A stretch of 64,000 nt of DNA, taken from the IMG/VR virus record IMGVR_UViG_3300035696_000004, positions 64,001 through 128,000 of that record. One strand, 5' to 3'. How positions within the stretch are numbered: position 1 is the first letter of the stretch; each line of letters begins with the position of its first letter. This document shows, piece by piece, positions 52,330 through 62,782 of the stretch. Below the pieces are notes generated by a model. The model was not told the origin of the DNA. It did no database searches and was given only the letters and a program-made list of their open reading frames with translations. The stretch comes from a virus (Duplodnaviria; Caudoviricetes). A program made the position numbers and the translations under genes.

Positions 52330-55242
52330 CTATGTCCTAGTCTCAATGTTCATGTTACCGGCTGTTGCCAGCCGAGTCATGGTTCCTGCGGATACATACC
52401 ACAGTTTTGCGACTTTGTGAAGACCGAAAAATGTCTTCTTGCTCAGGACCGACGTGACCTGTCCGTGGTTTGCTGCTGCTTGCAATGCCATGTACGACGG
52501 GGTTTGTTCAAGCGAACCATCCACCGAGAATACACTGAAGTTGTCCGTACCCGCTGTGCTGTTCGAGAAGGACAGGGAACCGGATCCGTTGAACTCAGTA
52601 CCGATTCCGTACATCTCCATCTCGGCTTCAACAGCAGGTGCAGCAACCAGAGCCGCTGTGGTAGCAGCACTCGTAATCCCTTTACGGAACTCACGAGTCA
52701 GTCCTGCCTCACGACCATCCAGATAGTTCCGCTCACCTCCACAGAACGACTTCACGCTGTAGCGTGTTCCGCTGTTATACAGCAGCGGGAAGAGATAGGC
52801 CTGATTACCGGACCACGTGGCAAACTCAGACAACAATGCAGCATTCGCATATTTCCTGAGCTGCACAGCAGCTGTCGTGTATTTCACATACGCCCAGACG
52901 ACATCAGCATTGTATCCCGATACCGCCGACAGGTCGCCAAACGACAAGCTGTTGGTCGATGTGGTCGTGGTCAATTTACCCGTACCGTCAATCACCAGTT
53001 TGTTGTTGATGTAAACGAAGTAGTCCGATCCTTTCCCCGTCACGTAAATGACGTTCTCGGCTGATCTGAGGTCCACCTGATAGATTGCATCCGGTGTTCC
53101 TGCCAGTGCTCCGCCTGTTGCAATGAACCCTTCCTGCATCGAAATGATCAATGCTTTCGTGCCATCCAAAATCTGAATAGCGGCTTCACCGGACAACGTA
53201 GACGCACCCGAACTCGATTCAATCCGGGCTTTGGCAACCACGGACCATCCATTCGCATTGCTGAACCCAGCAGACGCTTTGGTGTAATACCCGGTATCGG
53301 TCGTAGCGTATGCGCCCGCAGACTGGAACAACCGGCTATTGAGAATCGACATGACATTCGATTCACCTGCCGTCCCTGTAAACGTATACCCGAGCGTAGA
53401 AGGCAACGCCGTAAAGAGCGACGACACCGTCCAGGCAATGGATTCCGGAAGACCGCAACCTAGCGTTGCTTGAGCGAGGTCTCTCCAACCCTCCGACATC
53501 GTGAACGTCTGCGCCGTCAACGACTTCGTTGTCGTTCCACCCGTGTTGGAACTGGTCAGAGTGATGAAGTCTGCACCGTCGCCCACAACCCGATACGTCA
53601 CGCCCACGTCTGTCGCGAGGCCGGCGATTGCTGTTCCGGACAAGCTGTACAACGTACCATCTCCACGATAGAGATAGAGCGTCAATACACCAGTCGCAGA
53701 TACAAAGCCCACGAGCCGGTCGTGATCGACACCGTATGCGATATCGAACAAGATCTCGCTAGCGGATGCTGTCGGTACAGTCCCACGCCAAATGATCGAG
53801 CCCTGCTTCCCGTCAAAGAAGTTCTTGGCGGGTTGTTGGAGACCTTTAGATTGGTTGATCGGAGACCCTGTCAGGAATTTCAACTGTTGGTCAAACAAAC
53901 CACTCGACTGAAGGAACGTGTTTGCCGAAGGGGACTCAACCATGAAACAGGTCGAGTAACCCGGGGTCGAAGTCCACGTCGGGCTCGACGTCCCCAAGAT
54001 GTAATTCCCAAGGGGATACTTCGAACGCGTTGTTCCTTTAAGAACAGGATAGTTCGTCGAATTGGTCGTGCCGGTCGTCGCCACGACGTAGTATTGCGTA
54101 CCCGCTGTCAATGCTGCTGGCGTTGTCAACGGAAGTCTATACCACGCACCGTAAGCCTTACTCGTGATGCGCAGCAGATTCATGGTCGCCGTAGCACCAC
54201 TGATCGCAGCACTCGGAAGACCCGAACCATTGTCGGTATAGATAGAGAAGGTAACCGTTTGGTTAGCCGAACCCACCTTTGCCAGTTTGACCCAGACGTA
54301 GCCGTAGGTTCCCGTCTCACCAACTTTGAAACCCGATGCGACATTGACATTCGACGCTGCTGAACCAATCGGAAACGAAGTATCATCCTGAATCTGGAGC
54401 GTAGCCGGTTCAAAACGAATCAGGTTGTCAGTCTGATTATCGACCATCTCGTGACCCAGATAGGCGCCGCCCCATTGATGATTGAACGTATCCGGAATCC
54501 ACCCAGCACGAACAATATCTCGCCACTTTCCATCAACGGATGGATAGAGCAAGTTCGTCAGGAAAGCCGACGACCCAAAAGGCAGCCCAGCACCTGTTTG
54601 CAGGGACGCTACGGCCGCCTGAGCGGCTTTCGCCTGTGTGATGCCAGATTGTGCATCTGATTCAGCTTGGTTCGCTGTAGACTGCGCTGCGGCTGCGGCA
54701 GCGATACCCGTTTGAGCATCGCTTTCAGCGGTGTTGGCTTTGGTCTGCGCAGCACTCGCTGTATTGCTGATCGAAGCGAGCTGATCCTGGACGTACGCTT
54801 GGCTTGCCATGACATCGGTTTGATCGCTGATGATCGATACGGCAGATGTCGACGTTACAGCAATGGCAGCACGCACTACAAAGGTCCCTACAGATCCATC
54901 CGCCGAGACTGTCTTGGTTTGGGCAGGGTAGTTACCCACCGCCAAGATGTCTCCCGATCCATCCAGGATAGCAAATTCACGAATGGTGAATCCGCCTACC
55001 GATGCTGGGAGATCCAGCTCCACCAGAATCTGTCCGGCTGTATTGGGATCAGGATAGCAGTTGGTAACCGCTGCACTGTAAACTTTATTTTTCAGACCAT
55101 TGACAATGGTCGTTGGATTGACAAAGGCACCACTACCATCGCCGAGTTGAAATGTGACGAAATCAACCGCTGTTTTGTTGGCAATAGCAGTGGCGAGGAT
55201 AGAAGCCCCCGCGGGCGTCAGCAGAGTGTAATACGTGCTCAT
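52330..55242 (-). CDS. Tail fibre/spike 2 with P2 gpH-type N-terminus
   Basis: YYTLLTPAG..GDGSG..GGFTIREFAI N-terminus; long beta-rich lectin-like C-terminal region. Confidence 0.85.
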   Translation of the reverse strand: MSTYYTLLTPAGASILATAIANKTAVDFVTFQLGDGSGAFVNPTTIVNGLKNKVYSAAVTNCYPDPNTAGQILVELDLPASVGGFTIREFAILDGSGDILAVGNYPAQTKTVSADGSVGTFVVRAAIAVTSTSAVSIISDQTDVMASQAYVQDQLASISNTASAAQTKANTAESDAQTGIAAAAAAQSTANQAESDAQSGITQAKAAQAAVASLQTGAGLPFGSSAFLTNLLYPSVDGKWRDIVRAGWIPDTFNHQWGGAYLGHEMVDNQTDNLIRFEPATLQIQDDTSFPIGSAASNVNVASGFKVGETGTYGYVWVKLAKVGSANQTVTFSIYTDNGSGLPSAAISGATATMNLLRITSKAYGAWYRLPLTTPAALTAGTQYYVVATTGTTNSTNYPVLKGTTRSKYPLGNYILGTSSPTWTSTPGYSTCFMVESPSANTFLQSSGLFDQQLKFLTGSPINQSKGLQQPAKNFFDGKQGSIIWRGTVPTASASEILFDIAYGVDHDRLVGFVSATGVLTLYLYRGDGTLYSLSGTAIAGLATDVGVTYRVVGDGADFITLTSSNTGGTTTKSLTAQTFTMSEGWRDLAQATLGCGLPESIAWTVSSLFTALPSTLGYTFTGTAGESNVMSILNSRLFQSAGAYATTDTGYYTKASAGFSNANGWSVVAKARIESSSGASTLSGEAAIQILDGTKALIISMQEGFIATGGALAGTPDAIYQVDLRSAENVIYVTGKGSDYFVYINNKLVIDGTGKLTTTTSTNSLSFGDLSAVSGYNADVVWAYVKYTTAAVQLRKYANAALLSEFATWSGNQAYLFPLLYNSGTRYSVKSFCGGERNYLDGREAGLTREFRKGITSAATTAALVAAPAVEAEMEMYGIGTEFNGSGSLSFSNSTAGTDNFSVFSVDGSLEQTPSYMALQAAANHGQVTSVLSKKTFFGLHKVAKLWYVSAGTMTRLATAGNMNIETRT

Positions 55243-55272
55243 GACGTTGACCTTATTATTAGACGTTTGACA

Positions 55273-55857
55273 TTACGTGCTCGACGAAGGATAAACCGTG
55301 ATGCTACTATTGACCGTGACAGACGAACCAATATAGACAGACCCGCCAATAGACAGGCTGGTTCCTGGTACCGCGTTGACCCAACGAACGGTTAGAGGTC
55401 CTTGGAAGAGCAAACTGGTGCTCGCCATCTGTACCGTCAATGAGCTACTGAAAATACCGGCGATGTAATTATCCGATACTGTTGGAAAGACGCCATCAAC
55501 GAAATCATCCGCTGTCAAGTTCAAGCCATACTGGCTATTGAACTGAGCGACCACATCCGAGAATGACACGCTGCTAGCTGTTGTCTCGAAATAGATCTCT
55601 GGGATATCCGTATCGATGTCCAGGATATCGTGCAGATTGATCCGCGAATATTTGACCGAAATACTCCCCGAATACCCGCTACCTGCTTTGGCAGATAACG
55701 TAATCGCCGTGTTTTCACCTCCGTTCGTACTCGGATCTATCGCTACAGGAATCCCCGGCGTCACCAGATCCGCCGAGATGAAGACGGGTTCGGTATTCGC
55801 CGACGCAATCAAGTCCATCAGGTTTTCAAGACCTGTTTTGTTGGCTTCGAGTTTCAT
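55273..55857 (-). CDS. phiKZ-like virion structural protein, paralog 4 (recalled as DUF7941)
   Basis: NTAITLSAKAGSGYSGSISVKYSRI..FNSQYGLNLTADD. Confidence 0.75.
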   Translation of the reverse strand: MKLEANKTGLENLMDLIASANTEPVFISADLVTPGIPVAIDPSTNGGENTAITLSAKAGSGYSGSISVKYSRINLHDILDIDTDIPEIYFETTASSVSFSDVVAQFNSQYGLNLTADDFVDGVFPTVSDNYIAGIFSSSLTVQMASTSLLFQGPLTVRWVNAVPGTSLSIGGSVYIGSSVTVNSSITVYPSSST

Positions 55858-55886
55858 TTTAGTCTCGTGTCAAGTTAATGGGTCAT

Positions 55887-56507
55887 TTAGCTAGCCGGCC
55901 CCACAGTGATGGATTGACTGATTGTCGTTGCAGCACCTTGGTAGGTCTCTGCATCCAACTCTATAGAAGTCGGTGTTGTCAAACCACCCAAGTTCACTGT
56001 CAGCACCACCTGATCCAGAGGAACGAGGTCATTCTGAATCGTGATCGGGAGTTGACCTAGCCAGACGAGTGCCGTCGACGATGCTGTCAAACCCATGGAC
56101 TCGGTCCCATTCGGGAGGAGTGGGTTTAGATTAATCGTGGCATCGACAATATCGTCCTGCGTAATCTGAAGACCATATCGAGTGTTAATCTCTGTCAAGA
56201 GACCACTCAAGGTGGTCGATCCATTCCGGCTAAACACTGTCGAGAGTGCGCCAGGAATGGAGGACATTTCAATTCTGTTGTACTTCACGGTGACGCTATC
56301 GCTGTAACCAGAACCTGCAATAGCGGTCAGTGAAACGGACGTGTTACCAGCATCGTCACCAACTAAAACAACAGGGCCGCCGATATCAACCTGTTCTGTT
56401 GTCAATGGTGACAGGAGTGAGCCATTTTGAGTATTGGTGTCATTGACCAAGTCTAGCAAAATCTGCTGGCTGGGCTGATTATAATTGCTCACAAAAGAAG
56501 ACGCCAT
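55887..56507 (-). CDS. phiKZ-like virion structural protein, paralog 3
   Basis: NTSVSLTAIAGSGYSDSVTVKYNRI..INTRYGLQITQDD. Confidence 0.75.
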   Translation of the reverse strand: MASSFVSNYNQPSQQILLDLVNDTNTQNGSLLSPLTTEQVDIGGPVVLVGDDAGNTSVSLTAIAGSGYSDSVTVKYNRIEMSSIPGALSTVFSRNGSTTLSGLLTEINTRYGLQITQDDIVDATINLNPLLPNGTESMGLTASSTALVWLGQLPITIQNDLVPLDQVVLTVNLGGLTTPTSIELDAETYQGAATTISQSITVGPAS

Positions 56508-56585
56508 GGGGAGATCTCAGGGTGGAATAATCTAAAGAACTGACCATAGGATTCGTTGTAAAAACCACCGTGGCGGCATAAAAAA

Positions 56586-56607
56586 CCACAGGACCGAAGT
56601 CCCGTGG
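56586..56607 (-). terminator. Terminator
   Basis: UUCG hairpin followed by TTTTTTATGCCG. Confidence 0.75.
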
Positions 56608-56627
56608 TTTCGGAGCTGAGGCCGCGA

Positions 56628-57167
56628 TTAGGCGGTCGGAGCGGTGTACACCAGGCCCGGCAGGTTCAGCGTGGTGATCACGCTGGTCAGCGGTACGTCG
56701 TTGTTGTCGAGGGTCAGGGTCAGCGAACCTTCCCAGACGAGCGACGTGGACTTGGCGGTGATGGTGAACGGCAGCGAGTCGTGCGGCTGGTTCGGGAACA
56801 CCGGCAGGGCGGCGTCTTCGTAGTCGTCGGCGGTCAGGTTGATGCCGTAGGTCGCGTTGATTTCCGGGATGAGGTCGGAGATCTTGGTCGCGGAACCTTG
56901 GGTGTAGACGGTCGACTTGGCGCCGGGGATGGAGCTCATCGGCACGCGGTTGTAGTTCAGGCTGACGTTGCCACTGTAGCCCGAGCCAGCGGCCGCGGTC
57001 ATGGTGATGTTGGTGTCGCCATTGGCGTTGCCGGCTTGGGCAACCGGTGCGCCGAAGGTAACGAGTTCCGGCGTCAGCGCGGTGACCAGCGAGGCCGAGT
57101 TGGCCGAGTTGATCAGGTCGATGAGGATCTGTGCCGGTGCCTTGGTGAAATCGGGAGTGTATGCCAT
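56628..57167 (-). CDS. phiKZ-like virion structural protein, paralog 2 (strong codon bias)
   Basis: DTNITMTAAAGSGYSGNVSLNYNRV..INATYGINLTADD; nearly all codons end in C/G. Confidence 0.8.
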   Translation of the reverse strand: MAYTPDFTKAPAQILIDLINSANSASLVTALTPELVTFGAPVAQAGNANGDTNITMTAAAGSGYSGNVSLNYNRVPMSSIPGAKSTVYTQGSATKISDLIPEINATYGINLTADDYEDAALPVFPNQPHDSLPFTITAKSTSLVWEGSLTLTLDNNDVPLTSVITTLNLPGLVYTAPTA

Positions 57168-57246
57168 TGCTTTGGTTTCCTGATAGAGGATGATGGGACA
57201 AAAATGCGGTGTGGACCAGAGGATTACTCCCCCCGCATACTATTAC

Positions 57247-57792
57247 TCAATCCCCGGAAGCAGTTCCAGGGAAGGTCAATCCTAACAACACCAGATTCCT
57301 CGTCAACACGACTTCTTTGAGAGGAATCGGATCACCTGGCCACCGTGGGTATAGGGTTATGCTACCCAGCCACCCCAGCGAGGTGGCTTCGTTGATGGTC
57401 AGGGTGTAGGAATCTTCAACTGTCGTAATCGTCTTATCGACGATTTCATCAGTGGTCAGATTCAGCCCTAAGGCTGTATTGATTCGATCAATGACACTGG
57501 ACAACGTGAACGGAACAACAGGGAGAACCACTTCCTTAATGATGCCGTCAGGTAAGTTATTCAGAATACTGATGTTCAGTCGTTCATAATACACCGTCTC
57601 CGGGAAGGCGACTGCATCACCCTCTAGCGGCTGGACGGTGACGGCAGTGTTTCGCCCCTCGGCATCGGAATACGACTGAGGTGAGCCAAATGCAAAATCA
57701 ACTCCGACAACAAACTGTTTCTGATTGTCTGTGTTGATCATTGAGACCAGTCGTTCGGCACTGGTTCCACTGTACGGGGTTAAATTAGGCAT
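57247..57792 (-). CDS. phiKZ-like virion structural protein, paralog 1
   Basis: RNTAVTV..VYYERL..INTALGLNLTTDE. Confidence 0.75.
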   Translation of the reverse strand: MPNLTPYSGTSAERLVSMINTDNQKQFVVGVDFAFGSPQSYSDAEGRNTAVTVQPLEGDAVAFPETVYYERLNISILNNLPDGIIKEVVLPVVPFTLSSVIDRINTALGLNLTTDEIVDKTITTVEDSYTLTINEATSLGWLGSITLYPRWPGDPIPLKEVVLTRNLVLLGLTFPGTASGD

Positions 57793-57828
57793 TGGAGGGA
57801 CGTCCGTAGGTTTTCTTGGGGGATTCTC

Positions 57829-59190
57829 TTAGCTCGATGTTGATACGGGTTTAACAAAGACGGACAGACCGGTGTTGGTGCTATGTCGACCACCCATGAT
57901 GCCATCACCTAACTGGTGGACATAAGTGTGGGCTTTCAACAACACGCCATCCAACTGATTAATCTGATCATTTTCCAAATAGAGAATTCGAACCATCATT
58001 CCGGGAGTCAGGAGATCAGGATTCGAGTTCTGCCATTCAATGGCCATCACACCGCCCATTCTCTTCGCGAGTTTCGACATTTCTTCAAATGGATTCGCGT
58101 TGATCGTTGAGCCGCTGACAGGGGCGTAATTCGCACCATCAGAGCGTGTTTGCGCCGTGTATTCGCTGTTGAACGCGCCACGACTAATCAGTGCTTTGTT
58201 GTTCTTCACCGTTACAGCGGACGTGAGCATGGCCGCTGCATCCGTGTATCGAGCACCATTGCCCAAATTCATCTGAGCAATTGACGATTTGTCTTGGTGT
58301 TGAATTTTACCCGTCGCCAAGATTACCAGATTGTTCGCGTCCTTTCGATACGTACGTTCAATGTGAGGAAATCTATTTTCAGGCAAGTTAATGATAACTG
58401 CTGTGCGAGTGGTAGAATTGAAGCGTGTCACATCATAACACGGATAGAGATACCAGATCCCGTCCATGTAATAATGACCCATTCCCGCGTTGTAAACCCC
58501 TCCACATTCCTTTTGAAAATAGGCAGGTAGGTGCACAATCGGGATGCCATGTTTGATGACAATCGAGGTCCGTTGAGTGGCATTTGATGCTTTCACCATA
58601 TCAACACCGAGTACAACTGTTTTTTTATCGACAGTGACGGATTGGGACATCGATGTCATCATCCCTTTCAGTGCATCTTCGACTGTCGTATACCTCAGCG
58701 TACCCCCTGCATCGACGTAGCGGAGTTTCTCGAGTGCCTTGTCGAGCAGTTGAAAATGGATCTCGACGATGTTGGCGATGTCCATGGATTGCTCATCAGC
58801 CTGTCCTGATCCATTCTTCGTCATGGTAGGGGACCCCGTATCAATCAGGATCCCCCTGTAACGTTTGACTGTCATCGGGGACGACGCGTCCACCTGATCG
58901 CCGACTTCAGTCAAGGGTGTCTTAATGATGACAACATCGATGTTGTCTTTGTACGGATAAATGTGGTACGCATATTTACCCGCACCAATCAATGCCTTTA
59001 GCAAGAGTTCATCACCATACTTTCCTTCGAAGTCTTGATTGATGTCCAACGCCACCACCTTGATGACACTGTACGATCCACCGTCATCCACAGGGTACAA
59101 GACAGCATCGTATCGATAGTGCACGGGGAGACTCGTGTTCGTCGTGACTTTGACGACTTCGCTATAAAGCGCTGTGTTTTCGATTTCCAT
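57829..59190 (-). CDS. phiKZ-like virion structural protein (gp84-like, from recall)
   Basis: 453 aa; Q..CGGVYNAGMGHY..WYLYPCYD..WQNSNPDLLTPGM; synteny. Confidence 0.75.
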   Translation of the reverse strand: MEIENTALYSEVVKVTTNTSLPVHYRYDAVLYPVDDGGSYSVIKVVALDINQDFEGKYGDELLLKALIGAGKYAYHIYPYKDNIDVVIIKTPLTEVGDQVDASSPMTVKRYRGILIDTGSPTMTKNGSGQADEQSMDIANIVEIHFQLLDKALEKLRYVDAGGTLRYTTVEDALKGMMTSMSQSVTVDKKTVVLGVDMVKASNATQRTSIVIKHGIPIVHLPAYFQKECGGVYNAGMGHYYMDGIWYLYPCYDVTRFNSTTRTAVIINLPENRFPHIERTYRKDANNLVILATGKIQHQDKSSIAQMNLGNGARYTDAAAMLTSAVTVKNNKALISRGAFNSEYTAQTRSDGANYAPVSGSTINANPFEEMSKLAKRMGGVMAIEWQNSNPDLLTPGMMVRILYLENDQINQLDGVLLKAHTYVHQLGDGIMGGRHSTNTGLSVFVKPVSTSS

Positions 59191-59195
59191 ACGAG

Positions 59196-59819
59196 TTAGC
59201 CCTTAGTATCCCACCGATACGCCCCGTTCTGCCGGTGGCTGGCAAACAGGTCCGCCATGCTTTCACGATCTGTGGATTTCTCTGGCACTGGAGCACCAGC
59301 GGTGTCTTGCGTCTCTTGGTCAGGGGATGGACCCAATATGTTGGCAAAGTCCACACGAGACAAACCACCCAAATGCCGTTTGAAGACGGAGGCGTGCTCT
59401 TCTTTGGTAAAGAACTTCTTGGCGTATGGGTGGATAGCTTGTGCAAAGTTATCCAGATCAATCAGATCTTGCAGAGGCGCTACATTCGGATTGACCGTCC
59501 TGTCCAAATAGTTGCGCCACGCTAGCAGATGGTCTTGCACACGTTGGTAGATCTTGGCGGTATCCGCTTGACGAGGGATGATGATGGTAGCGCCTTTCTT
59601 AAAGAACTCCACCATCTCATTGATCGTCTTTACGTAGGAACGCACTTCATTCGGAGTCTGCCGATCATAATAGGCATCACCCGAATAGGGCATCCCATAT
59701 TCACGAATCTGCTCTACCGACAGGGTTTCAATGAATTTCATCTGGCAGTAAAACTGTTCATTGAAAATGTAGTATTGCGTATCGCGGTCTTCAGGTGGTA
59801 CCCAGATCGGCATGTTCAA
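59196..59819 (-). CDS. phiKZ-like conserved protein (gp86-like, from recall)
   Basis: TINEMVEFFKKGA..IY..VQDHL.AW..APLQDLIDLD.FA. Confidence 0.7.
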   Translation of the reverse strand: MNMPIWVPPEDRDTQYYIFNEQFYCQMKFIETLSVEQIREYGMPYSGDAYYDRQTPNEVRSYVKTINEMVEFFKKGATIIIPRQADTAKIYQRVQDHLLAWRNYLDRTVNPNVAPLQDLIDLDNFAQAIHPYAKKFFTKEEHASVFKRHLGGLSRVDFANILGPSPDQETQDTAGAPVPEKSTDRESMADLFASHRQNGAYRWDTKG

Positions 59820-61141
59820 TCACTCCCAATGCAAGCCTTTATCAAAATGAGGATAAAGGGGATGAAATAAAAACGCTCCATCTCGCCCCAGTTGTCCACA
59901 TCGTTGGCGAGTGCCACGAGCTTGTGCGTCTCAATCGCTTTATGACTGAGATAATCCCACACACAAAGTTCGAGTACGGACTGACCTGGCGAGGTCTGCG
60001 TATAAAATGCTTCGGAGAAGATGTAGTACGTATCCGTCAGCACCGGCGTAATGAGCGCTACGCCATCCAGTGTCCCGATAATGCTGGGTATCTTGGAAGG
60101 CTTCAGCACATTGGGTCGAACTTGCTTACGGGTCATGTAGGTCGGTTTGTCGATTCCGTATACCGGGTCAGTCGGGTATACAACATAAGAAAACCCACTG
60201 TAATAAATTCCCTCGAAGACAGGGTCCCATGGGAAGGTCGATACAGGGACGACACCGACCTGTTTCGCCATCCGACGAGTGACGCGTGCATCCCGCTTCA
60301 CCATCGCGTCCCAGATTGTGGGTGAAAGTGTACCTTCGTCGCCATCACAATTCAGGATACGATTCATCCGAATCTTGAATGAATCTTTATTGGAGAAGAA
60401 CTTGGTGATATTCTTCATCAAGAACGGATCGTACGTCGGATGTGTTTGGTCCGGCAGCATCAGCGTTTTGTATTCCGTGCTACTGAAGTGATCAAAGTAC
60501 TCATTCGTCAGGAGAGTTCGGATCTCTCCCAGCGCTGTCATGTTGATCCATTCCTCTTTCGTGACCAGAGGATTGCGGCCATACATGAGGTAGCTGTTGA
60601 CGTAGAAATATTCCTTGACCACCTTGGAGAGCAAGTCTCCTTTTCGAAGATCAGTAGCATAATCAATCAACATGTACTCGATGGAGTAGCACGTATTCTT
60701 GAAGATGGTCTTTCGCTCGGAGTTGGTGATCTGGAAGACAGCCTCACGACCGTCCCCGATATCCGCCAAGAACATATCCCCTGCATTAGGGATCAGGAAG
60801 GGATAGACGTTAGCCGCACCGGTCACGACCATCGCCTTGGTTTCATCGTCTTGCGTTTGGGCGAGAGGTGTGGTCACCTTCAGGATCATCGAATTGATCT
60901 TGGCGTACTGCTGGTAGATCGCTTCGCGATTCACACTTTGGCCAGAGAGTGCGCTATCGGAATTCAGCACCTGACTGAAGTAATCTACCGTCCAGGGTGA
61001 ACCCTCGATATTGACGAGGATCGTGCTGTCCGGATCATACGTCGTATCGACGATGATATCTTGCCATTCCGGCTTGGCAATCTCGGTGATCGTTTCAATC
61101 GGTTCTTCGGGTGCGCCCGGGAGATCAGTTACCAGTGGCAT
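59816..61141 (-). CDS. phiKZ-like virion structural protein (gp87-like, from recall)
   Basis: IEGSPWTVDYFSQ..PNAGDMFLADIGDGR..FYFIPFILILIK. Confidence 0.8.
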   Translation of the reverse strand: MPLVTDLPGAPEEPIETITEIAKPEWQDIIVDTTYDPDSTILVNIEGSPWTVDYFSQVLNSDSALSGQSVNREAIYQQYAKINSMILKVTTPLAQTQDDETKAMVVTGAANVYPFLIPNAGDMFLADIGDGREAVFQITNSERKTIFKNTCYSIEYMLIDYATDLRKGDLLSKVVKEYFYVNSYLMYGRNPLVTKEEWINMTALGEIRTLLTNEYFDHFSSTEYKTLMLPDQTHPTYDPFLMKNITKFFSNKDSFKIRMNRILNCDGDEGTLSPTIWDAMVKRDARVTRRMAKQVGVVPVSTFPWDPVFEGIYYSGFSYVVYPTDPVYGIDKPTYMTRKQVRPNVLKPSKIPSIIGTLDGVALITPVLTDTYYIFSEAFYTQTSPGQSVLELCVWDYLSHKAIETHKLVALANDVDNWGEMERFYFIPFILILIKACIGSD

Positions 61142-62687
61142 GTCGGTCTACCTTGATAGTGAGGGTCTGTACAGTTTTCATGGCGTACATTTGTCCGCTC
61201 GACTGTACTTTCGATGTGGTTCCATTGATCTCGAGTGTCGCCTTCTGGAGATCCGTTTTTGTCAGATAGGTTCCATTAATGAGTGTCGGCAAGAGACCTC
61301 TTTCCCCTAGACGAGGATTGATTGCATTGATGATCTTGATCGCTGCTGCACCATTCTGCCGTAAACGGTCTTGGGCCGCTGTCGTGAGCAACGATAGGTC
61401 ACGAACAATGGCGAAACGAGCATGGTACGTCTGCCGCATTGATGGATCAGACGCTAGCGTCACATTCAGATCGCTGTCGACAGTAAACGTGGTTGTATCC
61501 ATCGAATAGACGCTTTCATACAGCGTCAAGACGAATACCGAGTTGTACGGAGTCGTGATATACGCGGCTTCCTTTTTCAGGAAAGTCGCGACGTCTGGAT
61601 CCAAGACATGTGACCCAAGCTCCAGCATGTTGAAGAGGGCTTTTGGGTTTGTTGTGTCCAACTGAATCGCTGCGCCATACACACGCTGAGTAGACTTCGG
61701 AACCTGGAAAGGAACAAACTCATCCCATATCGGGAGTTGGATACCTTGTTCAGCGAGACGCCGACTCTTGACTTGACTACCAGCTTCAAAGTACGCCAAG
61801 CACTGGCTAGACAAGCTGTAATAGCTCGCATAGTCGAATTGGTTGCGCGCAGGCTGCTCTGTCTCCGCGGGGCGATACTTGATGAACTGGTTGTGGATCA
61901 TCAATGGCCAGAACATCACACACCCGACAGGCTTCTCATACCGCACCTTATAGGAGAACGAAATGACCCAGGTGCTGGAGTCGTCTTCTTTGCTCCCTTG
62001 CTCAGGCTCCCCAGTGAAGTCGTACGTGCCTAAGACACGCCCTTGGGTCTCGGCTACACCCCAATGTCCTTGGGTGCCTCCCATGGTTTCAAGGAAGTGC
62101 AGACGAGGCGTTGAGTTATTGAGGACGTAAGCCTCCCACGTATCTCCGTATCCATCGATATTTTCACGGAGACGATAAATCTCCTTGAGCACCACCATGA
62201 ATTCAAGGGGGATCAAATAGTGGTACTTTACGCTGAAGACCCGTTGATCCAGATACATCGAAATCTTGGTTCGAATCTCATCGCGCCACCGGATGGCTTC
62301 GACTTTATCGACGGTCTTGTACGAGAAGTTTATCGTCAGATCCTTCGTGCTGTACACGGGGCGGATACTGGTAGCCAGATTATCATCCCGGAAGAGAAAG
62401 GCGTTCTCAGGGCGTGTTACGGCCTCGGAAAGCACATTCTCGAGCACCGTTTCCTCACTGATATCAATCTTGACTTGATTGATATTCGCAAACCGCACAG
62501 TATCGTCACCTTTCACCTTGGTGATGGACGAACCCTGCTGCATCATCTTTCCAGTATCGCCTGGAAAGTAAATTCGAGTATCGCTCGAGATACCGGTTTG
62601 TTCGAAGAGAGTTCGCGTCACGTCAAAGATCAAAGGACGGAGGACGTTCTCTTGTGTTTCCGGATTACTCAGATAAACTTTAGGCAT
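61125..62687 (-). CDS. phiKZ-like virion structural protein (gp88-like, from recall)
   Basis: RPVYS..WVISFSYKVRYEKP..WPLMIHNQ..LPIWDEF. Confidence 0.8.
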   Translation of the reverse strand: MPKVYLSNPETQENVLRPLIFDVTRTLFEQTGISSDTRIYFPGDTGKMMQQGSSITKVKGDDTVRFANINQVKIDISEETVLENVLSEAVTRPENAFLFRDDNLATSIRPVYSTKDLTINFSYKTVDKVEAIRWRDEIRTKISMYLDQRVFSVKYHYLIPLEFMVVLKEIYRLRENIDGYGDTWEAYVLNNSTPRLHFLETMGGTQGHWGVAETQGRVLGTYDFTGEPEQGSKEDDSSTWVISFSYKVRYEKPVGCVMFWPLMIHNQFIKYRPAETEQPARNQFDYASYYSLSSQCLAYFEAGSQVKSRRLAEQGIQLPIWDEFVPFQVPKSTQRVYGAAIQLDTTNPKALFNMLELGSHVLDPDVATFLKKEAAYITTPYNSVFVLTLYESVYSMDTTTFTVDSDLNVTLASDPSMRQTYHARFAIVRDLSLLTTAAQDRLRQNGAAAIKIINAINPRLGERGLLPTLINGTYLTKTDLQKATLEINGTTSKVQSSGQMYAMKTVQTLTIKVDRHATGN

Positions 62688-62740
62688 GGTGGAAATCTCT
62701 GTTTGACAGAATCATAGAATCCGCACCTGACAGCATAAAA

Positions 62741-62764
62741 GGAGAGAGCCCGAAGGCTCTCTCC
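62741..62764 (-). terminator. Terminator
   Basis: GGAGAGAGCC-UUCG-GGCUCUCUCC-UUUUAUGCUGUC, near-identical to 40880. Confidence 0.85.
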
Positions 62765-62782
62765 TCTATGACAGCTCAGCGC

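Noticed and set aside
46493-55242. Shufflon/invertible segment or DGR acting on the fibre tips
   Set aside because: All cassettes are co-oriented; no inverted crossover sites, recombinase, reverse transcriptase or adenine-specific TR/VR pair in the window
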